This document shows positions 51,084 to 64,000 of a stretch of DNA of 64,000 bases, piece by piece (the stretch's first letter is position 1; each line of letters begins with the position of its first letter). The notes beneath the pieces were generated by a model. The model was not told where the DNA came from and ran no database searches. It saw only the letters and a list, made by a program, of their open reading frames with translations. A program made the position numbers and the translations under genes. Source of the DNA: Anthoceros angustus (Eukaryota; Plantae; Anthocerotophyta); the NCBI GenBank assembly GCA_010909165.1, contig MU008193.1, forward strand, positions 543,127 through 607,126. The letters are read 5' to 3'.

Positions 51084-53881
51084 AAGTCTGATCCTTAACT
51101 GCGGAGTAGCCTCCAACCAGGCAGCAATTATTGGGAACAGTATTGTGAGAAGTGTATATGTGTGACTTTATGCCTCTCGTTGTGGTCGAAAAGGCCATGT
51201 CTACCGATAGTGAAGGAGATCGGCCACTTGACGGAATTGGAGACAGGGTGAGGAAGAGGGCAAGATGGCCAGTTAATTCATGGCATAATACGCACTTGTA
51301 CTACAAGGAGGCACGGCGACTGTGAGCATTTGGCACACCCCAGTGCGGTGGCGGCGATGGTGGCCTTCTCACAACATTCCTTCTAGCAGTTTTGGGCACC
51401 TTAAGTCAAGCCATGGTAGCACCCTCCTGCAAGCACTTGTCAGAGCGCTAGATAGGGACTGTTTCTAGTCACCATCTTCAACGACAATCAAGGTTGCATG
51501 GGGCGCGGACGGGCGCTGCCGGCTCACAGGCCGGACGCGGGCGGGAGGTGCCGCCGGGTGGGAGGTGCCCGCCGCGCGCAGCGCAGGCGTGGCGCTGAGC
51601 TGGCGCCAGAGTGGACGCTGTGGCGACAACCGTACCTAAGCGACAATGAGGAGGACTTGTCTCTTGGAGTCGCCAAGATGGAGACAAGGATCGAATGGAG
51701 TTGTTCATGGACGAGCGGCACCTTGCCACCGGAGGACTTCATCGAGAAGTACGTGGTGTGCGAGATGGAATTGAAGACCGATACACGATACACGGCTTCA
51801 TCCAAATGCCTACTTGGGGATGAAGCATTGCATATCGCGAAAGCACAAGGCGAGGCTGGAGCACGGAGGACCAGTAGCAGCCGAGTTCAAGGAACCAAAG
51901 GCAGAGCAAAGGCACCGAGTGCACGATCCCATCAAGAGATGTTTGACATCTTCCTACTGGAGTTTCGCAAGCACGGATGAGAAGATCTCCGAGACACACT
52001 TCAAGATGAAGTCAGCGAGACCGCAAAGATGGCTTATCAAGAATCGACCAGCTTGGTACGTGACACCAAGATCATGAGTGACCGACCGGCCGCAGAGAAG
52101 TACTTGCATTGCCATATGCATCATATGAAGGTGCAACAAGCGTGCAAAAGACGAGGGCAACACTACACCCTCAAGGAAGTGTACGAGATGGTCGACAAGA
52201 TAGGGCCCACGACACTTTCTCTCTGTCACAGTGATTACTCCAAAGACAAGTAGGAGTGGTGGACCATGACCGACGCGGAGGTCGAGTGGAGGAGCTCGGC
52301 GAGACAAGCCACCCCACACAGCCCAAGTGACGAGCCCCGCGTGAGGTGCCGAGGGACGGACCATTCCTCATGAGTGCGAGCATGCATTCTGGAGGAGTCA
52401 AGGGTGAGGAGCCATGCCCTAGGTGTGGAGGTACGGCACAATGAAGCGCATGTTGGGAGAAGCATCCGAATTGCGCTCACGGTTATCGAAAAGAACCCCG
52501 CCAATGCATCGGCCAACCTCATCCACAAAATCAAGAGCAAAGGCGTGGAGGAGGCACAAGTCCCGTGGACAAAAGAAACGGAAGCATCAAAGAAGACGAT
52601 GGATGCTACGTGGCACGCCTTGCAAAGCTGGAGAAGAAGAAGGCGAAGATCAAGGAGAGCAGCAGTCATCATCGAGGACGAAGAAGATGAGCACAAGCTT
52701 GATACATGGCGATCGTGACCAGATCCAAGGGGGAAGAAACCGCGCCTACGAGAGAAGATAGCTCAGAGGAAGAAGAGGATGTCTTGACACCAGAAGGCGG
52801 AAGACAAGGAAGCTTCGGATCCTCTTCCCGAACCTATGCCAAGATGCCAAAGTCGCTTGAGCCATTGCCAAGAGCAACCGTGGGAGCAACATCAAAGTCC
52901 AGAGGGGCGTGGAGAAACCCATGCATGCAGACGAGACGATGGCACAAAAGCTCGGAGATGCCATGTTTCATTACAAGACATGGGGTTGAGCGTGAAGGAA
53001 GTCGGGGTTTGACTCATGGATGTTGACAACCCTTGAAGACGCAAGTGACAATGTGCCACAACAGTGGTAATGATGTCATTGCCGACCTCGAGCCAAGCAT
53101 CTCGTGGAGAAGCGGAATGTCGCACGAGTGGGAGTGGCTTTGGTCAACAATCGGAGAGGCACATTGAAATCAATGGATTCGCACTCAAGGAGGGTGTTGA
53201 TTGACACCGAGCACCGTGATCGCTGGAAGAAGAGTGAAAGCGTTGGTCTCCACCAAGAAAGGTTGAAGGAAACCAAGTGGAAGATCCGCATCGCACCGGG
53301 GACCACGAGCATGTGTTGGGGTGACAAGGCTGAAGGTTTCATTCAAACCAAGAACTGAGACTTCACCTTTGTCGAGGTACACCGCTTGGTCACCGGCGCA
53401 TATACACTTTTGATGTCTTGCCGAGCGACGCCGGCCAAACCGAGTCATGGTGGACGGTGGACGGAGATACCACTATCGACTAGGGCCGAGAAGCCGGAGC
53501 AAAACCGATGAACGGAGGATTGCGATCCCTCCTCGCATGGCAAGGATTATGGAGAACCTCTTGCCAATGGCTCACCCAAAGGTTTGGCGCCAGAGTGAAG
53601 GACACGCCATACGTTTGAACCTTGGCGGTGTCTAATAAACCGCAATCGACCGATGGAGGATTTCACGAGGAGGAGGAAAACAAGCTAGGGTTGCAACCAC
53701 CCTGAGGAGGTTCTTCAAGTCACCGGACGGAGTCGGTGATCGCAAAGAATGAGCCGGTAAAAGCCGTGTGGAGGATGGTGCAAGAGGACCAAGGTCCTAT
53801 GAGCCGAGAACTGGCGTAAGTTCTGCCTAGGGTTGAGCCTCGCTTAGACCTAAACACCTGTGTCATCACATGGCGACCCTG

Positions 53882-54400
53882 GAAGGCGGCATAGTGCTCG
53901 TGGAACCTTTGGAGGCATGCACGCCAAAGCGTATAAAGTGTGGCATCAGTGCTAAGATACGCGCATGACCCGGATCCAAAAGCAAGGATTGTGTCGTAGA
54001 AGAGACTTGATGGGGAGTACTCAACCTCCCCGACGGGAGTCGCTGAAGGGTTACCGCCGATGGATGTTCGCATGATAGGGTTGTCCCATTTGAGTTGTCT
54101 TTGGGGCAACCGTGACCTTGTCATCGCAGTTGGGAGTGTCAAGACTATCCTCTGCAAGGGTCAAGGTCAAGGATCCACGACAGATTGTTCTATGACTGAT
54201 GAGGATCTTGCGCTTGATCCGTAAAGGCAAGAAAGGCCTTGTGGATACATGTTGGAGAATGCCAAGATGCATGAGCGTGAAGAAGCAAGTTCAGGAGGAT
54301 TTTGCCACGATCCGAGGAGTGTTGGGTCAGGAGCTTCTATTGGATGCAGCTCAATTTGGTTCAAGGGCTCATAGGTTGAGGTCCATGTGGACTAACATAT
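53882..54400 (+). pseudogene. C5-cytosine DNA methyltransferase domain (motifs I, IV, VI, VIII), frameshifted and C-terminally truncated
   Basis: GIVLVE-FGGM (I), DLVIA-WECQD (IV, 54131-54145), GYMLENA (VI, 54243-54263), LLDAAQFGSRAHRLRSMWTN (VIII, 54343-54396), in the correct order and spacing. Confidence 0.8.
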
Positions 54401-55147
54401 TGGTTTGCACCTACATACCTGCGTATTAGATTTGTTTGCTTGGTTGTTGGTCGAGGAAGTGCTTATATGAATTCAAGTGCTTACCTCGTGCGACATCTGT
54501 AAGAATCCCTAGACTTAACAGCTGCCAAGTTAAGGTCAGGCTGCGGGATATATAAGGGCTAGAGCAAGGGCTTTGAGGAAGAAGTTACTAGTGGGACTCA
54601 CTCTTTGAGAGAGTAGACAAGTGTGCGCTGCAAGCCTTGTGTTGAGAGAGCTGTGGAGAGCTAGCTAGTGAGCTTGTCATGGAATCAAGGGCTTGGAGGA
54701 GGTGGCCTACGAGTCGTCAGTGGACGGCGGGCTACTTGGAGCCTAGTGCTGTGTCGTGAGGTTGAGAGCGCTGAGAATCGTGCAAGTCTCTTGTGGAGTG
54801 AATTGGCGAGGTCCTAGACCGCTGGGAAACCAGCACTTGTCGCTTCCTTACGCCATGGCTGCATAGTGAGGGGTGTTAATCTAGGCATACGTTATGACCA
54901 AACACCACGGATTTGCAACCCGAACTGGAAATCCCAAATTAAAGGGATTGATATGTTGCTGGAGGAGAGCGCGGCTGTGTACATATGTTGATATGTACGA
55001 GGACGTATATGTAGGTAGGTACTGTATGTACAGACTTGCCGCTGACATGCCCCCGCAATTTATTATTACCGCTGGAATGGACCTTGGGTTGACGAAGTCG
55101 GGATCCTCCGTGGTGCTCCCGCTCTGGAATCTGGATTCGCAGCTACC

Positions 55148-58093
55148 ATGTCCAGGACCTACACCCGGCTGGTGAGGGACGGGGAGCACAAGCTGAAATT
55201 GCTGATAGATGGCTCCCCGGAAAACGAGGTGGATTTGATTATTAGGTTTGGGGGTTTCTTTGCTGGGTTTGAGAGCCTGGAGGATCTGTACGCGGAGATA
55301 CGTAAGGAGCACAGTAAGCAGCAGCATCGTGACCAGCGGCACACGGCGTCCGTTTCCATCGGAGAGCATCCAGGAGGCACAGGAAATGAAGACGACGGGT
55401 TAGACCTTGGTGTTGCAGTGACACGGAAGCGGAACCACCGCCGTCACCTGGGAGGCACACGTGCAAGCGCCAGGTTCACAGCTTCAGGGCTTCATGATGC
55501 CTCCTCTCGGCTTTTAACACTGGGAATGTGGAAGCAAAGCTACATCGCCTTACGTACTGAGAACCTGTGCACGTTGAACATCTCCATGAACATGGGCACG
55601 CAGATGAAGATGGAAATGCCCATGGTCTCCCTTCCCCGCACTTGCAAGCCTGAGCAGGACCAGGTCAGGCAGCAGCGGCGCACCCCAGAAACGAACTGCA
55701 TACCTGAGCCTGTGGATGAAGACCCGGACGTTCTGGAGGACTTCGAATTGGCCGACTCAATGATGATGCCTGTTTCTATCTTGGATCTCCAGTATGAGGG
55801 TGAGGAGTCGGAAGGGTCCAATTCAGATTCCTATCTGTTTCAGAGCCCAGAAGTTGAAGATGATTAAAGTGTCTCACTTCAGAATGTGGTTCGACGAGGA
55901 CGAGGAAGCGGGAGCCTGAAGTCTGGATCCATGTCCAACATCACAACTTGTGGGTTACTTTCTGCTCTGCGCATGTACATTATTTTTTTGAGCACTGGGG
56001 TACCTCTTGTTCTCATGGATGTTTTCCCAGGCTACGTCTGGGGACACCGGCTGAAGGTTACCGCAAGGTATATGACATTGTTGTTTTGGTAGCACGATTT
56101 CTTTGCTTAGGCATGAAGCATCCCTCGGAAGAGTCAATCTTTGATCGGTTGTGCGCCGAATATCAGTAAGTATCATGCAAAGCAAGGCCTTGACCGCCTT
56201 GTGTCGAGATGGAGTAGGGCATACGTTATGTTGCTGTTCAGCATTTGTGCGCCAAGAGTGATGTTGAAGTTGCTAAAGTTTGAATCCTTGTGATAGTACT
56301 TACAACAACCAAGACATCGAAGCTGAAGTTGGCAGACATTGTGCGTTCATTGCAAAGTTTGCACAAGTACATGTGACAGCAAATGTCCACAAGAGCAAGG
56401 TTTGCTCTGAAGTTCTAGTATTAAGAGAGGCAGTTTTCTCCCATGTAGTTTCATTGTTCGGAGTGTCATCACATGTATCTTTTTAGTCAGATTGCATTTT
56501 TCCTGTTGCAGTCTATCTGCAGAATCATCTCTTCTTCTTCTTCTTCTTCTTCTATGGAGCCCACCCTCGAAGGCAAGAGGAGAGATGTTATTTTGGCAGA
56601 CAAGAGAAAGAGGATCCGCAACTAGTGATGCCTGATGATCCTGAGGAGCCTGAGTCTGAAGCTGATGCTTCACTGAACAGCAAGGCAGCACAAGGAGAGC
56701 CTCGTGAGATAATTACCAAGAGCCCAGACATTCACGTCAAAAATGCTGATCATCAAAGTTCTGAAGCAGGAGGTCGCATGAGTGATGACAGCGAGGATGT
56801 TGATCCTATTTGCTGTATGTGTGATGATGGCGGAAAAGTAACTCTGTAAGTCCTGGATATGCTGCCACTACTTCTGTATCATGCTGTTGATGACCATATT
56901 AACAGTTAATCTTGTACTTTGGGACAGCTGTGATGGGCCCTGCTTACGATCTTTCATGGAACCAAGCGTGGGAAGAATTCAGACTGTCCATCATTAGGAT
57001 ACAGTGAAGCGGAGATGAAAATACTGGAAGGGAAGAACGAGAAGTTCTTTTGCAAGAATTGCGAGTATGGGCAGTATCAGTGCTTTTGTTGCCGGAGCTG
57101 GGGGAATGGAATGGACAAGCTGAGGGAAAGGAACAGGTAACACGGAGGTTCCATTGTCCCTTGCAAATGCTTCCTTGTTGTCTAGTTCATCTCGACAACC
57201 TAGTATTGGCAGGTGTTCCGCTGCCCTGAAAAGTCATGTGGCAAGTTTTACCATCTCCGCTGTTTGGGCTTCGCAGATGCACAATCTTTCAGAGCTTGCC
57301 CTCTGCACCTCTGTGATGGGTGCAAGCAGGGTGGGGACAAGCTTGTCAAGTGTAGGCTTTGCCCAAAGGCTTGGCATCAATCTTGCATCCCCAAGTGAGG
57401 CTTGTTGATTCGTCTGCTTGCGGATGATAGATGCAGACTTAGAGGTATGGTTCTTGACCATTCAGTGGTGATACAGAGAAATAAGTTTTGAGGAGGATGA
57501 ACTGTTCATCAATCCACAAAGGGGATGGGTCGTGGGCAAGACGACGGTCGTATATTGCAGGTAACGGTAGGCCATGGTGTTCCTGAATTCATGGAAGTTG
57601 TGTCTCCTGTAGCTTACACACTGACACAAGGCTGTTGGCATGTCTGAAAAGTACCCATGAGTACAACTACGAGCAAGGTATGCCACAACGACAGGTGGTC
57701 CTTTTCAATTTTCCAGAAGAAAGGATGAAGGATGTGGACGAGCAGGAAGAGAGGACGAAGGTGGTAGACGAGCAGGGAGATTGTGGGAGCCTTGAAAGGG
57801 TGTCTAGTCTGCAAGTGGCACCCAACAAAGCCCTCGCTGGACCAAGCAGGGTGAAGTCATTCTCATCGACTTCAAAAGCGACTCATGTGCTTTTGAATCA
57901 GGTGCCTCATGCACGGAGAACAGAAGTGGTTGTGGGAGGGATTGAGAGAAAAAATGCAGAGCCAAAGGAGGCGGAGGATGAAAGAATGGCGCGAGACCCT
58001 TCCTTGGTTGTGCATAACGTTCTCAAGAGGAAAGGGGAACTGTGGATAGAGACAGGGTTGATTACTTGTAAGCATTACTTATCTTCGTTCTGA
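55148..58093 (+). CDS. EDM2-like PHD-finger protein, multi-exon, with a few frameshifts (errors or pseudogene); ends uncertain
   Basis: ICCMCDDGGKVTLCDGPCLRSF, FFCKNCEYGQYQCFCC, VFRCPEKSCGKFYHLRC, CPLHLCDGC, CRLCPKAWHQSCIPKEISFE follow the EDM2 composite PHD; EPEVWI...PAEGY...PSEESIFDRL resembles the EDM2 N-domain. Confidence 0.75.
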
Positions 58094-59689
58094 ACAGTCA
58101 TGCGTTTGATGTTCCTCTTGAGTGATTCCACTTCTTTTCTCCTGCAGAAAATTCTCCACCAAGATAGGGTGGTATTCATGTTTCTCTTGTGTGATTCCAC
58201 TTCTTTTCTCCTGCAGAAAGTTCTCTCCACCACGACGGGGTGGTATTCGAAGAGGTCGGGGAGGAGGATTCCGAGGATCCTAGATGGTGGTCTTGGACAT
58301 TTTCACTGCCTATGCCTTTGTTGTGCCTAGGTGAACACGGACTCGTGATTCTTTTGCAACGGTTCAAAACATCTGCTGCTGGCTCTTCGACAATTTGTTC
58401 TTCATAGTATTGATTTTTTTAGTATTGGTTGGGAGTTTTGGTGGGTGAGGGAGTTCTTCCCAAGTCCCACATAACCTATTGGTTGAGAGTTTTAGTGGGT
58501 GAGGGAGTTCTTCCCTAAGTCCCACATAACCTGCAATGGTGTCTAGGCCCATATGGGATACACATGAGCTTAGGGGAGTACGGTCTCTGCTACGATATTA
58601 CGATATAAAACATAGGGAATCAGAACCTTACAAAGATTTCTCCCCGGTTCTTCTGATTTATTTTCAGAATACCAGGGAGGCTGATGATGATCGAGCAGGA
58701 TGAGCAAATGTTCAATGTTATTAGGTCTCGAGGGTTTCAATGGGGTGAGACAAAATGTAAGTCCTGGGCAGGCTATGATGATCCTGTAGGATGAGGAAAT
58801 GTTTAATGTTACTGGTTTAAGAGATCGGGAGCGCGAGTTTTAAGTCCATCCTAGTCTGTGCCAATCACCACCGGGGCATCTCGAGGGGTTTCATAAATAA
58901 AGGAAGTCAGGAAGGGATGTTACTATGGAATACCAATCTGCACACGGGAGCGTGTGTGTGACTTTCTTTTTTTTTGGGTGTACGCTACCGCTACGGAAAT
59001 ATACCACGGCATCTTTTAGTTATAATATACGGATAATATGTGCCACATCAGCTTCTGTAGGTTCGTACGCGGGATCATAGGCCAGGTGTTCCGATGTGTC
59101 ATGCACAATGCACATGTTTCCTTGTTTAGGATTTTAGGGTTTCGATCCAATCACCACACATACATGTTAAACAGGCGGGCAAGACACGCATACACAAATT
59201 TTGTTTGTGGCATAGCGCTTGGTTTGCGCTTGGATGTCCGGGATTTTGAGACCGATGTTAGTCATTTGAATCGCATCCACCGCCGCTATCACGGCACCGC
59301 CCTGCATCCAACACCCGCTTCTGCGCCGCATCCGTGCTCGCTGAGAGTGACCCGCGCTTAGAGACGAAACATGTGAGGCCGCCGTTGCTAACGCAATGGC
59401 TGATAACCTTAAAGAAATATGGATGCCGCGACAGAATGGAATATTGCGTACGCAATGGCGCGCAACGCAAAATGACCCTAAACGCAACCCTAACCGAGAG
59501 AAGAAAAGTTTCTATGTATCGTGAAATCTTTTCTCGCATCATGGGGTAGGTTGACGATTATCGACACCGGGCGCCGCACCGACCGATGTGGTCATGCGTG
59601 ATATATCGAAATAGTTCCCGCCAGATGGAATATTTCTTTCCGTCCCACAACCCTAAAAATGTGGATGCCGGTGACCGACTCGATTCCAT

Positions 59690-59830
59690 ATGTTACTAGG
59701 TCTCGAGGGGTTTTACATAAATATAGGAAGGATAGGAAGGATGTTACTAGGTTTCGAGGGCTTCTGGCAAATACAAGAAGGATGAAGGATGTTACTAGGT
59801 CTCGAGGTCTTCATAAATACAGAAGGACAG
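59690..59830. repeat. About 50-bp tandem repeat, 3 copies
   Basis: ggatgttactaggtctcgagg...cataaata units; related copies near 58.7 and 58.87 kb. Confidence 0.7.
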
Positions 59831-60489
59831 AAGGGATGGGTGGTGGATTGCCACTTCCCTAATAAAATTTTTCTTTTCTGAACAATGTATTTTCTTTTGT
59901 GTATCTTGCAAGTTGACAACTTCACAAGTCTCACCTATATTTTAACATATTATATTTTTAAGTGTATGATATGATTCCACAAATAGGCCCAAGCATTGCC
60001 ACGGCCGGAGCTTGTCGCCGGTGGCTTGTTATAACGTCATCTCACTCCAGCTTCATTAGCTGTAGCGCTGCGGTCGTCCAACGCCGATTTCTTTACAAGT
60101 CATCTAGAAAGGGAGATTAACTAATAAGTTAGTTTAATAAACTATCTGCTAAAAAGCACGGACGAGATACTGAACGAAGACGCTCATTCTCACAAGACAC
60201 CAATCCCTGAAAATGTCATGGAATCCAAATTGAGATCGTCATTCTTCAAGACCAAGCAGGCCGGGCTTGCTTGGTCCCTTGCTTGATTTGACTCTATCTG
60301 ACCCTTGTTTTGCTCCTGGTGAGCTACACGATCATATCCATTTATACAGTGCCGTATAAATTCCTCTAAAAAAGTCGAGATCTTCATTCTAGCTAGAAAA
60401 CATTAAGATTTTCAGAGAATTAAACATAGAGTCTTATCGCTGTCTGAAGATCTCAGGAGAGAGACATGGAGATAAGATGTTTGTAGCAT

Positions 60490-63400
60490 AGACACAGGAC
60501 TGGCAGCCAAAAGATCGCCAAATGTGTCACAAAGAATCCGATCCTAGGGTCACGCATGCAAGCCTGCTGAAACGCCACCGACACTTGTGACGGCCATGGG
60601 ATGGCATCTAGGTATAGAGGACAAGAATGTAGACAAAACCACAGTGATCCACTTATAATTAGGGCCGTGAACCGGCTTAAGTACAGAATACGCCATATCA
60701 GCAGCGATAATCAGGATGTGGATAAGGGGATTATGATCCCGCTATCTATGGATGATCGCCTCCAGGTTATGAAGGCTAGGTCTATGTTATGGATAACTCA
60801 GTTATATATCAATGAAGATCTTATACCTTGGAAGACTCAGAAGGAGGAGTTACCCGCAGAGTCGGCAGTGGAACGAAAAGTTTGGGCAAGCAACCAGCCC
60901 AAAAGAGCCCAAGACGAACAAGTTTGATTTTTTGGCTAGGAACGATTGAAGAGGAGCATCCCAAGAAATTTTCCGAGAATCTTGAAGTCAGTTGTAGGAT
61001 ATTGTTAGGAAGACGAAGAGGATATCCCAGAAGAAGAACGGGTCGAAACGACGGATGAGGGGAGGGCACCAAAGGTTGGTCGGCATCACCGAGGTCGCCA
61101 CACTACGCCGTAGGCTGGGAAAGGAAGCAGACACGCGGTAAGTCGCGACACCACGTAGACCGACGAACTCGCCGAAAAGGAAATTGGGATAAGGGGGATA
61201 TCCCTATATATGCTCACCAATAGGGGAGCACTAATAGAATAATTAGAAGGTAATTAATTTGAGGTCATATGGTAGGAAAGAAGGTAATTTAGGCGCTTGG
61301 TAATTTAGGATGTCAACCGATCTAGGGTTGGGAACTCGTGTGGCAAAGAATCAAGAGGCAAAGTGCAATTTGGCCGCCAACTTCCTTCGAATCGGGCCAA
61401 CTTCACTTCGAGACGAGCCGGAGCGTAACCACAAGGAGAAGGAAAGGAAGAGAAGTGTAGATCGCCATCGCCATTGCCGCCGCCATCTACACCCAAGAGG
61501 AAGACGGTCCGCGAGCGAAGGAAGGAAGCTAACCGAGCGTGAGCGGAGGAAAAACATCCGACAGACCGAAGTGGGAAGTCTTCTCGTGCTCGGGCGCGAC
61601 CGGTGAGAAGCACGCCAAGCAATCAAGAGTGGAAGCAAGCCCGACGAAGAAGCCCTGGCCGAGCAATCAAGGCAAGGCCGGAAAGTAAAAGCAAGGAGCT
61701 CCACGGCACTGGCGCCTTGCCCTGGGAGGAGAAATCGCGAAAGAGAAATTGGCGGCCACTGAAGGTTCGATCGAGCTAACGGATTTGTGCCTCGTTGGGT
61801 GTTGCTCCTAGTGACAAGGAAGGAGTGCGAAGTAAAAAGCTTTGGAGCACAACACTTGGAATTGGAAGTAATCCCTCTTGGAAGTAAGGAAGGTGCAATG
61901 CAGCTACTGAAAGGCAAAGGAAAGGAGCCGGCAAGGGCCTCCTCGCGAGAGGAAAAGGGAAGAAAGCAGCAGCAGGTCTGCCGCTGGGAGGTGTGAACTT
62001 GTGATGCCCCAATTCACTTGCTTTGCCGGGCAGCTCAACCCCGATTTGGTTGATTTTCGCAAGGGCTGAGGAGGAGAACATCCAACTAGGATGGGTGTAT
62101 GGCCGCCAATGGGCCTACACCAATTTGGAATTGATTGAGGAGTGTTACATCAACCTCCATCAATCGGAAGCCGCCGCCACACGGAAGGAATGCTGTGAAC
62201 GATCCCCGCTGGACCGTGAGAAGTATTCGACAGTGTGTATGGAAGACCGGAGGAAGAAAGCTCGAATTGCTCTCTCGAAAGGTTGAATGGGGAAGAGGAT
62301 GCCTCCGACATCCCGCAGAGTTCCTCGACATGATGGATGGAGGAGTGAAGGCCCACGCCAAGAATGGCGGAAGACCGAGAGCATCAAGGAGTCAAGTGGA
62401 GGCTCTTCGCAAAGATTGTGCTGGGGTTGGTAAATTACCAACGCACCTCTTATTTCAAAGACCAACTTCCTCCAATTTTTGTGGAAGATTTCCATGGGAG
62501 CCAAGCGGGGGACTATCATGTATGAAGCGTACATACACCATCGAGAGAAGCTCCTCAAGCCGGTGGATGAGGAAGGACCAAGGCCCTCGCTATCTTAGCA
62601 CCTATTTGGTGCATTTATGGGAAACCGAGGGACTCTCACAAGCAAGGAGCTTGAAGATGCATGGCATCCCTTTGAGGTCATCCATCTCCACCGAGGTTGG
62701 AAAGGCCTTTGCCTTTGCAGGAAGACGGTGGGAGGTCGACTCCACAAAATGCTAGAGGCAAGAGGAAGGTTCGAGGCAACAAAGTTGAGGGAATCCTTTC
62801 CACAGAGCAAGCAAGGGAAGAGGAGCAAGAAGCGGCCAAGAAGGCCGGATGGTGGTCTATGAGAGAAGGACCACAGGGAGTGATGCCCGAGAGTGGGGAG
62901 TCCCCACCATCTCCTCAGGTGAGAGAGGCACCCCACGCATCACCCCCAGAGGGAGGCAACACCCAAGGGGTGGGCACTATCAGTAGGCAACCATCATCAT
63001 GGAGGGGCACTGGTGCACCCCACGCCGCCAAAGCAGCTACCAAGGTGGAAGGGAAAGAGAAGAACGCGAGAGCGCGAGCTGCGCCGAGGCCACCATCTGC
63101 TTCTCCGCCCGACCTCAACGGTGAGCTGCCAAGACGCCCGAGTGTCCCACGAGATACCGCCAGAGCCGGATCCGCGAGCGCAAGGATCGCGAGAATTGTC
63201 TCGAGGTCGCAGAAATGACCTTCTCCGCGACCACGCCGGAGTAATCACCTGGAGGGCGCTTCCTCGTCTGTGAATCGCGAGGTCTGCATGGCTTACTCGC
63301 CCTACGCCGCTGCAGACCGCCTTACGCCGCAGAGCACGCCGCGGCATTGCGTGAATACCGCTATAACGCCTCGCAAGGTTACGGCCCCGACCGCCGCATG

Positions 63401-64000
63401 CCCGCCCTCCACTGTGGTCGCCCACGTGGCGCCGCCAGTCCGCCTCACGCCCAACTTAAGTTACCGGCGACTTCTCGAGTGGGTCCGGACTTATCCTGCT
63501 ACCTTGTCGCCCGCCATCGAGGCCTAGGTATCGCTTCACTCCGGAGTCCGAGTATACTCCGAGTGTCCCGAGTGCTAACCGTGCTTATTTCCCTTCATTT
63601 TATCCTTTACTCCTACAAAAACAAAACCCTACCTAATTTCTAACCCCTGTGGAAGTCCGTGTAAAGTCCACACACTACCGGGTCGGATGTGTTTTCCACA
63701 CTACTTCCACCTCACCGCCACCGCTGACGCCCCGAATTTGAGGTGTACTGGAGCCTGTGATCTTCCACTGGCCGCCTATTGCCGAGGATTACACTGCCTC
63801 GCCCACCCAAGCTCGACCTCCTCCTCACTCAACTCCTCCAAAGTCGCCTCCATAATAGGGAGCCAACCCCACACTGGCAGAAGTATGCACTGGGTCCTCA
63901 CTTTGAGGTAGGCCCCGATCCCTCCTATTTCCACACATGGATGGAGGTTAAGCACGCTGCCTCCATTCACATATAGACCAGAACATAAGTTTCCTCATCC
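60490..64000 (+). mobile_element. Degenerate TE-like region with broken purine-rich frames; family not identified
   Basis: Fragmented Lys/Glu-rich frames; QWAYTNLELIEECYINL loosely resembles the YxxLVxEFYxN motif of accessory plant retroelement ORFs. Confidence 0.3.

Larger units (their letters stand above)
50700..54400 (+). mobile_element. Degenerate LTR retrotransposon (probably Ty3/gypsy) with gag, protease and C5-DNA-methyltransferase; truncated before RT; left end approximate
   Basis: LTR-like end ttgtagCA at 51068, PBS tggtatcaaagcc (51071-51083), gag-like frames at 51.6-53.0 kb, protease-like IEING...VLIDT at about 53.17 kb, then DNMT motifs. Confidence 0.7.

Noticed and set aside
54430-54880. 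LTR-like stretch with TATA box as the 3' LTR of the DNMT retroelement
   Set aside because: No similarity by eye to the sequence before the PBS at 51071; may be an unrelated solo LTR, and boundaries are unsupported.
58900-59700. GC-patchy region with several 70-107 aa ORFs
   Set aside because: No motif or clear terminal repeats; probably TE debris.
60190-60387. Minus-strand ORF ending LDSMTFSGIGVL, resembling C5-MTase motif I (FSGIG)
   Set aside because: An isolated motif with stops straight after and no motifs IV, VI or VIII; likely chance.
63670-63720. CACTAC words as a CACTA transposon end
   Set aside because: No partner terminus, subterminal repeats or TSD can be checked inside the window.
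1-64000. tRNA, rRNA or other structured RNA genes
   Set aside because: None recognised; the only tRNA-related sequences are the two PBS-Met sites.

Overview
Eukaryotic nuclear DNA with short GT-AG introns (mostly about 80-200 nt), most likely from an early-diverging land plant such as a hornwort, other bryophyte or lycophyte (inference from gene content and intron size). Host genes: a secreted CHRD-like/DUF3455 protein (928-2265, minus), a TBL2-like WD40 gene (41479-43955), LESV-like starch gene (44889-47171) and an EDM2-like PHD gene (about 55.1-58.1 kb). Most of the rest is nested transposons. A Ty1/copia element (4540-35808; TGATGA...TCATCA LTR ends, CTATT TSD) is interrupted in its RT by a 22-kb DNA transposon (11109-33161; AAC...GTT TIRs, 4-bp TSD AGAC). 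That element holds two more members of the same family (13789-23014, TSD CACT; 26335-28533, TSD GAAG). The two long members share a three-gene layout: a Sola-like/DUF7869-type DDD transposase on minus, and on plus an unknown ORF X and a ParB-like + beta-class amino (N4C/N6A)-methyltransferase gene with an unusual DVPR catalytic motif. This methyltransferase-carrying transposon family is the main candidate for a new system. Separately, a degenerate LTR retroelement at about 51-54.4 kb carries a C5-cytosine methyltransferase after its protease, and a CRE-like REL-endonuclease LINE lies at about 36.6-40.5 kb. Many frameshifts in repeats fall in homopolymers and may be long-read assembly errors. 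All family assignments come from motif recognition by eye; no database search was run.
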